Positions 30,405 to 38,509 of a stretch of DNA of 38,878 nucleotides are shown here, one piece after another (positions within the stretch are counted from its first letter, which is position 1; every line of letters begins with the position of its first letter). Both the position numbers and the translations under genes were made by a program. The notes beneath the pieces are model-generated. The model saw nothing but the letters and a program-made list of their open reading frames with translations. It ran no database searches and was not told where the DNA came from. Source of the stretch: a virus; the IMG/VR virus record IMGVR_UViG_3300040801_002051, positions 1 through 38,878 of that record, one strand, 5' to 3'.

Positions 30405-31332
30405 CACGGCATCACCTCGCGCTGCTGCGCCGTGAATTGAATCGTCGGCGCGGTATCGCTGTCATTGTCCGTCGACAGGATGACAATGATCGGCTCATCG
30501 CCCGCTGTCAGACTGATCGCGTCCAGTGGCCCGAGCTTGCCCCAGCCGCTCGGGATAGCCACTGTCTCCGGCCCACCGGCGGCCGGTGCCGTGATTTTGA
30601 GATAGGCGCCGTACTGCCGTGTCGTTGCGTCGTTGGCTGGCAGCGTGTAGGCCAGCACGTCAATACCCCCGGCTGGGATCTGGCATGCGTAGCTGCCACC
30701 GTCGAGGGGCACGGTAAGCGTGACGGCTGGGTCGGTGCCGGTGGTGGTGAGGGTGGACCATGCAGGTTCGGCCACGCCGTCGGCGCCATCCGCGCCGGCT
30801 GGCCCGGTTGGTCCTGCTGGGCCGGTGTCTCCGGTGTCGCCCTGGATGCCTTGCGGGCCGGTCGGGCCGGCTGGGCCTGTCTCGCCTTGGATGCCTTGAG
30901 GGCCGGTCGGGCCTGTCTCGCCTTGGATGCCTTGTGGGCCGGCCGGGCCTGTGTCGCCCTGGATGCCTGCGGGCCTTGCGGGCCTTGCGGGCCAGTGTCT
31001 CCGGTGTCGCCCTGTATGCCTTGCGGCCCCTGCGGGCCTTCCAGAGACACAGGCCCGGTGCCGGTCCAAGTGCCGGCGTCCTTCGGGCCGTACCAGGCGC
31101 TTGCGTCGCTGTCTAGGTAGTAGTCGCCGTCGTTGCCGAGCCCGTCGGCGGGTGCGCCGCTGTCGGTCAGCCAAACGCCGAGCGTCGCGTCAGCGATCAG
31201 CGCATTGAGCTTGGCCAGGGTGTTGACGCTGGACGGCTGCAACGCGGTGCCGGCCGCCGCGAGGCGCGCTTCAAGCGTTGCGCCGTCCACGTCCATTTGG
31301 TAGCCGTCGGTGTTGGGGTCTTGATCGGCCAT
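30404..31332 (-). CDS. Collagen-like (Gly-X-Y) fibre protein, interrupted by a 1-nt frameshift near 30964-30972 (about 309 aa if repaired)
   Basis: Frame A (31332->) reads [62 protein letters not shown], then nonsense. Frame B reads ..[24 protein letters not shown]...[16 protein letters not shown].. down to the stop at 30404. 929 nt = 3n-1. Confidence 0.8.
30775..31038 (-). repeat. Coding Gly-X-Y triplet repeats (about 29 triplets) with near-identical 18-27-nt DNA repeat units
   Basis: Recurring units are CCNCAAGGCATCCA(A/G)GGCGA(G/C)ACAGGCCC and GGCGACACCGGAGACAC. Confidence 0.9.
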
Positions 31333-32009
31333 TACTGCACTCGCGTGTAAACCGTCTGCCAGCCGTCGCCGTCGGGCACTTGCAGCAGGTCATAGCCGCC
31401 CGCGCCGTTGGCAACGTAGACCGGCTCGTATCCCGTCGGCACTTGGTCCGGCTCGCCGTGGATGAGGATGTAATCGGCCGCGGTGCCATCCATGTCGCCG
31501 ACCAGCGGCGCAAGGCCGAGCCAGACTTGCGTTGGCGTGATGCCCGCGCCATCCCAGACGTTGGCGCCGAGCATGGCCAGCTGCTCCCACATGACGCGCC
31601 AGACGACATAGCCGCCGGTGCCGGGCTTGAGCTCTGCCGGCTGGCTGCTGAGCGCTTCCGGGTCGCCCATGGTCGGGCGCAGGCCCCAGGTGTTGCGCCA
31701 GATGTGCGCGGCCACGGCGGCGCCGAACTCGCGCACCTGCGCGGCGGGGTTGTCGATGCTGGCCGGAAGGAAACAGTCTGCGGTCAAGAACAGCCGCGTC
31801 GGAATCCGGTCCGTGCCGTCGCTGTCGGCCTCTTCGTGATCGATCTGCTCCAGGTTCAGCAGGATGGCCGGCGTCAGGACGGCCAGCCGCTCTTGGTCGT
31901 CGGCATCCGGCAGCGGATCGAACCACTCGATCGTGCGCACGCGGTCGGAAAACTCCGCGCCCAGGTCCGCCTCGATGGCTGTCTGGATGCCGGCCAGGCT
32001 GTAGATCAT
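31332..32009 (-). CDS. Putative neck / tail-terminator-region protein (225 aa), possibly Gp37/DUF1834-like
   Basis: Assignment rests on position after the gpZ-like gene and on ATGA/TAATG overlaps on both sides. The family call is weak. Confidence 0.45.
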   Translation of the reverse strand: MIYSLAGIQTAIEADLGAEFSDRVRTIEWFDPLPDADDQERLAVLTPAILLNLEQIDHEEADSDGTDRIPTRLFLTADCFLPASIDNPAAQVREFGAAVAAHIWRNTWGLRPTMGDPEALSSQPAELKPGTGGYVVWRVMWEQLAMLGANVWDGAGITPTQVWLGLAPLVGDMDGTAADYILIHGEPDQVPTGYEPVYVANGAGGYDLLQVPDGDGWQTVYTRVQ

Positions 32010-32578
32010 AGGACCGCCTCGACGTTCAGCGCGTAGTTCAGCTCGCGGGCCAGCAGCCGCTCGTAACGGCGCCCGCCTTGCTCGGCGACGGCCGACAGTG
32101 CCGATTGGACGGGGTCGTGCGGCGGCTCTTCGATGCGCTCGATCGGTAGTCGCTCCGGACTGGTTCTGCGCATGACGGCGCGCGACGTCTTGCTATCCAA
32201 CCGTCGCCACGAACCCGCATATTGCTTGCGGTTCACGCGTGCGCCTTTCATGCGACGAGTCCATTGCACTGTTCCGAGGCGGTGCACCGGCACGGGATTG
32301 GTGCCAATCCAGACCGACACCGCCACCGGGATCCCGTTGGCCATAATTGGTTGGATGTAGAAGCGCAGCGCCTGGAGCCAATACTTCTGCGGGAATCCCG
32401 CCGCCTGCGACGCGGCGCGCACACAAACGCGCTTGAGCCACGTTTCTAACTTGCGGTTGGCTCGGAACATGGCTCGGGCCGCTGCCTCTGGCATCCGGTC
32501 AAACGCCGCAACGACGCGGCGCAGACTCGGGCCGTCAACGTCGATGCCCATGAGGATCGGATCGGCCATCAGCGCCAC
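32006..32578 (-). CDS. Lambda gpZ-like minor tail / tail completion protein (190 aa)
   Basis: Its size matches lambda gpZ (192 aa). The C-terminal pattern SPERLPIERIEEP..RRYERLLARELNYALNVE parallels lambda Z ..NRYPIDVVKIP..RERLPKELGYALQHQ. Confidence 0.55.
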   Translation of the reverse strand: MALMADPILMGIDVDGPSLRRVVAAFDRMPEAAARAMFRANRKLETWLKRVCVRAASQAAGFPQKYWLQALRFYIQPIMANGIPVAVSVWIGTNPVPVHRLGTVQWTRRMKGARVNRKQYAGSWRRLDSKTSRAVMRRTSPERLPIERIEEPPHDPVQSALSAVAEQGGRRYERLLARELNYALNVEAVL

Positions 32579-32946
32579 CCCTCCCCGGTCGGCAGCGCCG
32601 TTTCAGGCTCAGCCGCCGCGGGCACCAGGCGTAGCAGCGTCAAGCCATAGCCGTCTGGCAGGAGCTCCACGACGCGATACGCCACGCCGCGCATGCTGAT
32701 CTGCTCACCCTCATGCACGCCCGCCGCATCCGCCTCCAGCACCCAGCACGTCGGCTCCGACTGGTGCTGCAGCAGGTCCACCGCGCCGCTGCGCGTGCCT
32801 GTGACGCGCAGCATCGGTTGCGCCGACGGCACGCCAACAACGCCCGTGACTGTGCCAGTCGGCAAAGTCACGGGCTCGCCAAAGCCAACGCCGGCGTCGA
32901 TGACAACGGCGTTGACGGCGGCGAAGCTGTCGGCCCAGTCGGTCAC
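32569..32946 (-). CDS. Lambda FII-like head-tail attachment protein (125 aa, GTG start)
   Basis: MTDWADSFAAVNAVVIDAGVGFGEPVTL..VTGVVG..EGEQISMRGVAYRVVELLPDGYGLTLLRL parallels lambda gpFII (..F.aa.....fG....it....v.GVf...rGD.l.i....y.V..v.pDg.G...l.L). Confidence 0.55.
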   Translation of the reverse strand: MTDWADSFAAVNAVVIDAGVGFGEPVTLPTGTVTGVVGVPSAQPMLRVTGTRSGAVDLLQHQSEPTCWVLEADAAGVHEGEQISMRGVAYRVVELLPDGYGLTLLRLVPAAAEPETALPTGEGWR

Positions 32947-32951
32947 GAGGC

Positions 32952-33905
32952 TTAGGTGAGCGTGACGAGGCAGGCGTGTTGCCAGTAGCCGTAGCCGACA
33001 TTGCCGTTGGTGCGCAGGCCGTATTGATGGCGCTCTTGCTCAAACTCGATCGGCGAGCCTTCGGCCTGGGCGCTGAGCTGAAGAGGTAGCTCTTCCTGTC
33101 GGATGAACGGCCGGGTGTTGCCGTCGGTGCGGAAGACGGCCAACTTCGTTGTCCAGTCAAGGCGCGGGTTGACCTGAACGCGAAAATTGAAACCGTCGGC
33201 GGCGGTGACGATGTTGGTGGCGCCCTGTGCCAACGTCGGTGCACCGACTGCGGCGATGGAGCTTTTCCAAAACGAGGTGGGCACCATAATCAAGAAATCG
33301 CGCGCGTTTTCGTTGAGCGGCTCGCCCACGTCATCCACGAAGCCGAGCACCTGCTGCGCGCCTTCTAGGATGGCGTGCATCAGCTCTTCTGGGGATGGCG
33401 CGGTTGCGCTTCCGTGCGCGGTCTCGGGGACCGGAAGAGCGGAGATGTCAACGCTGATATCGTTGCTTTGGACGCCGCTGTCACCTTCGGAATGGTCAGT
33501 GTCGAAAAATGATTGGCCGTCGTAGCACGCCGTCGACTCGGCGCTGATGATGAGCGTTGAGAGCAGCCGCGCCCAGTGGGCGTTGGCATTGGCGACGTGT
33601 TCGCGGACACGAACCATGATTTGCCCGGTCTTGTCGCGCCGCATGTCGTCGGTGCTGATCTCGATTGTCGACTCGAACGGCTTATTGCGAATGGTATACC
33701 CGTTTTCGCGCAGGCCCTTGGCGATGCGGCCGCCGATCCACTCGCGCATGACCGGAGCGGAGCCGAGCCACTTGTATTCCTCGCCTGCCTGGTCGGAATC
33801 GAACTGATTGGACAGCAGGTTAGCCCATGTCGGTTGTGCCGCGTCAAGCAGCCGGTAATACTCGCCGATGATGGCCCGCGAGCTGAGGCCGGATAGATCA
33901 CTCAT
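32952..33905 (-). CDS. Major capsid protein, Mu gpT-like family (317 aa)
   Basis: EEYKWLGSAPVMREWIGGRIAKGLRENGYTIRNKPFESTIEISTDDMRRDKTGQI aligns by eye to Mu gpT YGWLGKFPTLKEWVGKRTIQQMEAHGYSIANKTFEGTVGISRDDFEDDNLGIY (PF10124). Confidence 0.9.
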   Translation of the reverse strand: MSDLSGLSSRAIIGEYYRLLDAAQPTWANLLSNQFDSDQAGEEYKWLGSAPVMREWIGGRIAKGLRENGYTIRNKPFESTIEISTDDMRRDKTGQIMVRVREHVANANAHWARLLSTLIISAESTACYDGQSFFDTDHSEGDSGVQSNDISVDISALPVPETAHGSATAPSPEELMHAILEGAQQVLGFVDDVGEPLNENARDFLIMVPTSFWKSSIAAVGAPTLAQGATNIVTAADGFNFRVQVNPRLDWTTKLAVFRTDGNTRPFIRQEELPLQLSAQAEGSPIEFEQERHQYGLRTNGNVGYGYWQHACLVTLT

Positions 33906-33919
33906 GTTTCAGTCCTGTC

Positions 33920-34378
33920 TTAGGCGTCGGCCTTCAAAGCCAGTGCCGCGGCCGTGGCCATGGTTTCGGCGGAAAACAGCGCGTCGAACTCCACAACGGC
34001 ATAACCGCTGCTGACCCAGCGCGAAACCCGGCCAATGGCGGTGTTGCTGCCGGCAGTCAGGGTGAAGGTGTCGTCATCGCTGGCGTAGACGAGCGGGCGG
34101 TCGTTGGCGGTTACGGCAGTGGCGCCGGCAACCGGGAGCACGACTCGGCCGGTGGTGCGCACGCGCACGCTGACGTCCCCGGCGCTGCCCGCGCTGTTGT
34201 CGGCCTGCGCCTCGGCAAAGCCGAGGAACGGCTTGCCGGCGACGAGCGGCTGGGCATAGCCGGAGTCGTTCTCGCCGACGGCGGCGCCGGCATAGATGAT
34301 GTCGGTCGCGACAACGGGGTATTCCTCGATCGGGCCGAGGGCGTATTCGCGGAGGGTGTTGGCGGCCAGGGTGGTCAT
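33920..34378 (-). CDS. Head decoration / DUF2190-like protein (152 aa)
   Basis: It lies between the protease and capsid genes. The sequence is Gly/Ala/Val-rich and beta-type (IIYAGAAVGENDSGYAQPLVAGKPFLGFAEAQ..VSVRVRTTGRVVLPV). There is an ATGA overlap with the protease gene. Confidence 0.6.
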   Translation of the reverse strand: MTTLAANTLREYALGPIEEYPVVATDIIYAGAAVGENDSGYAQPLVAGKPFLGFAEAQADNSAGSAGDVSVRVRTTGRVVLPVAGATAVTANDRPLVYASDDDTFTLTAGSNTAIGRVSRWVSSGYAVVEFDALFSAETMATAAALALKADA

Positions 34379-35685
34379 GACTTGGCACCTCGCAGGACTT
34401 TGACGCGGCCGGAGCTGGTGGCGCGCTGATAAGCGGCGTAGCGGTCGAAGTCGTTACCGAACTCCGAGCGCAGCTTGGCGTTGCTGTCCCAGTCGGCGCG
34501 GGCGGCCTGGTCGGGGTCGGCGGCGATGTCGCCGGCTGCGGTGCTGGCGTCGGCGGCTTGCTGGCGGCCTTCCTCGAGCAGCGCGGCGCGGTAGTCTTCG
34601 CGGGCGCTGGCGTCGTCGGGCTCGGCGCGCAGGGGCTCGGGGACGGCGGCGATCATGGCGCTGGCTTGCTCTGCGCTCAGCCCCTGCGTGATGGCGGCGT
34701 CTGCGACGGTGCGCGCGTGCGGGGATGCGGCGGCAGCGGTCGTGATGGCGGCGACGCGCTCACGCTCGGCATTGATGCCGATCTGTTGGGCTGCGCTTTC
34801 GATTTCGCTCAAAAGGGCCGGATGCTCGGCGGCGAGGGTTTCTCGCGTGATCTCCGGCGAGGGGTTGTCACTCATCGTGATGCCTCGGTTGGTTGCACCG
34901 GGTGATCCGGCTTGGAAAAGGGACTCAAACGTGCCAATAGCGTCGGCCATGCCGGCGGCAACGGCGGCGGCGCCGACCAGGACACCACCACGGCCGAAAC
35001 CTGCGGCAACGGCCTCTGGCGTCGTGTTGCGATAGGCGGCGATGTCGGCGACAAAGACGGCGGCGAGCTCGTCGACGATGCGCTGCGCTTCAGCGCGGCC
35101 AGCCTCAGTCTCGGGGGTGGCCTGCTTGAGCGGGGAAATGGTGCTGATGATCTTGATTGGGCCGTCTTTCTCCGGCCGGTAGGTGCCGACCACGCCGATA
35201 CTGCCGAGCAGGGCGGTTGGTGCGGCGACGATCTGATCTGCCGCGGCGGCGAGCCAGTACGCGGCGCTGGCGGCGGAGCCGTCGACGTAGGCAACGACGG
35301 GCTTGTCGATGGCGCGGATTTGTCCGGCGAGCTCGGCGATGCCGGTAGCCTCTCCGCCGGGGCTGTCGATCTCCAGCACGATGCGCTCGACGCGGGGGTC
35401 GTCGGCGGCGGTGCGAAGGTCTTGCGCCAGCACCTCGACGGACGTGGCCCCGCTGATTTCCGTCAACAGATTGGCGCGTCGGAAGATCGGCCCGGTGATG
35501 GGGACGATGGCGCTACCGGCGCGCTCGGTGACGTTTCGTGCGTTCTGGAGCGGCCGGCCCAGCTGCGCGGCCACGGCTTCGGGCGAACCGTTCACGCGCT
35601 CGGCAACGGCGATGATGGTTTGCAGCGCCTCGGGCTCGATGGCCCAGGCGCGGCCGGTGATAAGGTCGGCGGCGCGGGTGGTCAT
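34375..35685 (-). CDS. Head maturation protease, S49 (SppA/ClpP-fold, lambda gpC-like) with a C-terminal scaffold-like domain (436 aa)
   Basis: IVPITGPIFRR..VERIVLEIDSPGGEATGIAELAGQIRAIDKPVVAYVDGSAASAAYWLAAAADQIVAAPTALLGSIGVV is followed by an Ala/Glu-rich helical C-terminal half. Confidence 0.88.
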   Translation of the reverse strand: MTTRAADLITGRAWAIEPEALQTIIAVAERVNGSPEAVAAQLGRPLQNARNVTERAGSAIVPITGPIFRRANLLTEISGATSVEVLAQDLRTAADDPRVERIVLEIDSPGGEATGIAELAGQIRAIDKPVVAYVDGSAASAAYWLAAAADQIVAAPTALLGSIGVVGTYRPEKDGPIKIISTISPLKQATPETEAGRAEAQRIVDELAAVFVADIAAYRNTTPEAVAAGFGRGGVLVGAAAVAAGMADAIGTFESLFQAGSPGATNRGITMSDNPSPEITRETLAAEHPALLSEIESAAQQIGINAERERVAAITTAAAASPHARTVADAAITQGLSAEQASAMIAAVPEPLRAEPDDASAREDYRAALLEEGRQQAADASTAAGDIAADPDQAARADWDSNAKLRSEFGNDFDRYAAYQRATSSGRVKVLRGAKS

Positions 35686-37241
35686 GGGGTGTCGTCTCGA
35701 TCGAGGTCGTCGGCGGTCGGCATGGCCGGCGCGGCCGTCACGTCGTCAGGGTCGGCGCGCTGCTCTTTGGCGCGCTGTCGGCGCACGTGGTCGTAATCCT
35801 GGCCGGTGAGCGCCGCGGTCTCGCGCTTCTTGGTGCTGATGCCGATCTCGAGCCGATCGCGCGCGGCCGTTACGGCCTTGTTTTCGTCGATGTGCGGCGG
35901 GGCGTCGCCGATCCACTCGCCGCCGAGCCATGCTTGACGGGCGCGCGGATCGGTGACGAAGCCAGGCAGGCTAAGGCGGCCGGCGGTGACGGCATCCAGC
36001 AAGACGGCCTCCAGGACTGGATTGCAGATGCGGTTGGCCAGTCGCGACCGGCGACGCCCGAAGAACTGCCACGCCATGAGCAGCGCGCCGCGCGCGGCGC
36101 TGTAGCTGCTCGCGAAATGGCGCAGCAGCACCTCTTGCGGGATCTCCAGCGCGGCGCCACAGATGCGGGCAAACGCGCTGATGAAGTTATCGGCCGCCGG
36201 GTTTGGGCTGTTGGGATTGGCGAATTCGACGCTGTCGCCGGGAAACAGGTTGGCGACGCTCGAATGGTCAATCGCGTACTTGCGTTGCTTGAACTTGCCG
36301 TAGAAGCCCGCGCGCTCCTCTAACAGGGTCTCGTCGAGTCGCAGTCCTTCGCCATCGGCAGTGGTGACAAACGCCATGAACAGTGCGCTGTTGACGGCGC
36401 GGTCGACTTCCGCGTCGATGTACTTGTCGAGCTGCTTGAGCACTTCCAGTACCGGCGCGAGATAGGGCACGCCGCGGGTTTGTCCGGGCCGCAGCACGTC
36501 ATGGTGGTGCAGCACAAGCTGCCGGCCGGTGCGGGGCCCGTAGGCGTCGAGTCGTGTCCAGGTCTGCGCGCGGCCAAGGCGGCCAAGCGCTAGCGGGTGG
36601 AAATCCGCGACATGCACGCCTTGCCAGGCGCCTTGCGCGTCTTTCTCTATGCCGGCGACCAAGGTCGCCGTGTCGGCCTGGTGCTGCGGGTTGCAGACGC
36701 GATCCGCCTCGATGTGCTGCAACGCAAAGCTGAACGGCCAGCCGGGGCGCGCGCGCTTGAGCGTGACCAGCGCCACAAAATGATCGCCACGGGCCAGGGC
36801 CGAGCGCTCAACGAGGTCTTGCTGCTCGGCGAATGAGAGCTTGCGCAGCAGGTCGCAGTTCGGCGAGTGGGCGAATAGGCGCCACTCGCTCTCGATCTGC
36901 GCCTCGATGGCGTCGGCCTGATCGTCGCTGAGCCGAAGGTAGTCGCGGTCGATGGCGGCGTTGAGCCGGAGGCCGGTGCCAACGACGTTTGTCACGTCGG
37001 CATTGACGGCGGCGACGGCCAGCGGGTTGTTGCTCAGGGCGGCGCTGGAGCGCGCGCGCAGCGTGGGCAGGTCTTGCAGCGTGGCGGTGTCGGCGTCGGT
37101 GTCGAGCACGCCGCCAAACACGTCGCGGTCGCGGCGGGCGGACTTGTAGCCACGCTCGGTTGGCGCCGACTGGCCATAGTCCGCGGTGTAGCCCACGCGC
37201 GGACTGCGGTAGGGGTCGAAGTCGACGGCGGGGTTAGCCAC
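35682..37241 (-). CDS. Portal protein, lambda gpB family (about 519 aa; start uncertain, GTG 37241 or TTG 37253)
   Basis: ..RPGQTRGVPYLAPVLEVLKQLDKYIDAEVDRAVNSALFMAFV.. parallels lambda B ..DGQTRGANVFYSVMEQMKMLDTL... The track ORF (to 37595) has no in-frame ATG near the 5' end and overlaps the gpW-like gene. The GTG at 37241 overlaps the gpW stop. Confidence 0.88.
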   Translation of the reverse strand: MANPAVDFDPYRSPRVGYTADYGQSAPTERGYKSARRDRDVFGGVLDTDADTATLQDLPTLRARSSAALSNNPLAVAAVNADVTNVVGTGLRLNAAIDRDYLRLSDDQADAIEAQIESEWRLFAHSPNCDLLRKLSFAEQQDLVERSALARGDHFVALVTLKRARPGWPFSFALQHIEADRVCNPQHQADTATLVAGIEKDAQGAWQGVHVADFHPLALGRLGRAQTWTRLDAYGPRTGRQLVLHHHDVLRPGQTRGVPYLAPVLEVLKQLDKYIDAEVDRAVNSALFMAFVTTADGEGLRLDETLLEERAGFYGKFKQRKYAIDHSSVANLFPGDSVEFANPNSPNPAADNFISAFARICGAALEIPQEVLLRHFASSYSAARGALLMAWQFFGRRRSRLANRICNPVLEAVLLDAVTAGRLSLPGFVTDPRARQAWLGGEWIGDAPPHIDENKAVTAARDRLEIGISTKKRETAALTGQDYDHVRRQRAKEQRADPDDVTAAPAMPTADDLDRDDTP

Positions 37242-37473
37242 GGGCGGAGACAATGCGGCTGACGGCGGCGGCGCGGCCTCGTGGATCGAGGCGTTTGCAG
37301 CGCCGGTCCCAATAGTCGATCCGCTCGGCAATCTGGGCAAGATCAGCGCGCGTGAGCGTGCGCCCGTCAAAGCTGACGGACTGCCCACTGAGGACTTTCG
37401 CTTCCGCGTCGAGCGCTTCCTGCAGCCGGCTTTCTGCGGTGCTGAGGTCGATACCTGCCATGGAACAAAGCAT
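37234..37473 (-). CDS. Lambda gpW-like head-tail joining protein (79 aa, or 75 aa from the ATG at 37461)
   Basis: LSTAESRLQEALDAEAKVLSGQSVSFDGRTLTRADLAQIAERIDYWDRR parallels lambda W (..[44 protein letters not shown]). It lies directly upstream of the portal gene. Confidence 0.7.
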   Translation of the reverse strand: MLCSMAGIDLSTAESRLQEALDAEAKVLSGQSVSFDGRTLTRADLAQIAERIDYWDRRCKRLDPRGRAAAVSRIVSARG

Positions 37474-37546
37474 GGCAGGCGGTCGGGTGGGGTGTACCGG
37501 CGGATTTTCCCGGTTTTGCGGGGGTTTTCGCCGGTTGGCTGGTTAG

Positions 37547-38026
37547 CTATACCAAACGCGGTTTCCACTGCACGCTGTTGCCCGCCTGCTTCCACATCGC
37601 ATCAGCGTCGCCACAAACCCAATTTTCTACTGATTCGATTCCACCGCCCGCACCGTGTGCCATTTCCCAATACGTTACAGAAGGATCAATGCCAAACGCC
37701 GCAGACGCATCTGCCGGAATCAGGTCAATTACGCCGTTTTCCTCCATATATTCACCATACGCGTACTTCATGCACGGATGTTCATTAAATTCTGCGATAC
37801 TATAATACGGTTTAACTTCGACCAACAGCACGTGTGATCCGGAACATTCAGAATGCTGACAAGGAAACTCAACCCAAAAATCGGGACACCAGCTTGTAAG
37901 GTCTATTGGCTCGTATTGCCAATTCCACTTTGCTAAATCAAAGAAACACGCCCACCTGGCTTCTAGCCGTGATCGAAACTGGACGCCGTTGTATTTTGTT
38001 GGGTGTGCTTTAATTGCGTAACTCAT
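37547..38026 (-). CDS. PD-(D/E)XK-type nuclease (159 aa; alternative ATG at 38038) in an AT-shifted insert
   Basis: MSYAIKAHPTKYNGVQFRSRLEARWACFFDLAKWNWQYEPIDL..WCPDFWVEF..HVLLVEVKPY has the E...D...E-x-K arrangement. A hand count on line 37801 gives 43% G+C. Confidence 0.65.
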   Translation of the reverse strand: MSYAIKAHPTKYNGVQFRSRLEARWACFFDLAKWNWQYEPIDLTSWCPDFWVEFPCQHSECSGSHVLLVEVKPYYSIAEFNEHPCMKYAYGEYMEENGVIDLIPADASAAFGIDPSVTYWEMAHGAGGGIESVENWVCGDADAMWKQAGNSVQWKPRLV

Positions 38027-38132
38027 CTGGATAACCATGCTGTTGCACGCGGATAGGTAAATCCGCGCGTTTTCAGATAACAAGCCAACCTTTGCCGATC
38101 CACGAACACTGAAGCGGCGCACGCAGAGCGCT

Positions 38133-38501
38133 TTACCGCCGATGCGCGAACAACGGCGCCTGCACCTGGTTATCGGTCGCATTTGCCGGTGGCGCCGGCT
38201 TGCGCTTTGGCTTGCGGGCGGGCGCGGCCGGCTTTTGGTGGGCAGGTGTCAAGTGATCCTTGACAGGTGCGGGCGCTGGGTCGGCGGCGGACTCCAGGCG
38301 CTGGCTGCGCGGGCCTGCGACATACGGGCGGCCGTGCTGATCCATGAGGGCCAGCACGCGCGTGGCCCAGCGCGGGACGCCGTAGTCGTTGCCCCAGCGT
38401 CGCACGGTGTCATAAGCCACGCCGAAGTCGTCGGCGAAGCTGGCCATGGTGTACCCGTGGCGCTGGACGGCGGATCGGAACTCGGTTTGTGTCATTGCCA
38501 T
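38133..38501 (-). CDS. HTH DNA-binding protein with a basic Pro/Ala/Lys-rich tail (122 aa)
   Basis: ATG at 38501 (MAMTQTEFRSAVQRHGYTMASFADDFGVAYDTVRRWGNDYGVPRWATRVLAL..) lies 9 nt after the terL stop. The first 114 codons of the track ORF overlap terL. Confidence 0.6.
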   Translation of the reverse strand: MAMTQTEFRSAVQRHGYTMASFADDFGVAYDTVRRWGNDYGVPRWATRVLALMDQHGRPYVAGPRSQRLESAADPAPAPVKDHLTPAHQKPAAPARKPKRKPAPPANATDNQVQAPLFAHRR

Positions 38502-38509
38502 AGCATTAC

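Noticed and set aside
30775-31038. Tandem repeats considered as a CRISPR array or non-coding satellite
   Set aside because: The repeats have 9-nt (Gly-X-Y) periodicity and lie within an ORF, with no spacer/repeat alternation. They encode a collagen-like triple-helix region.
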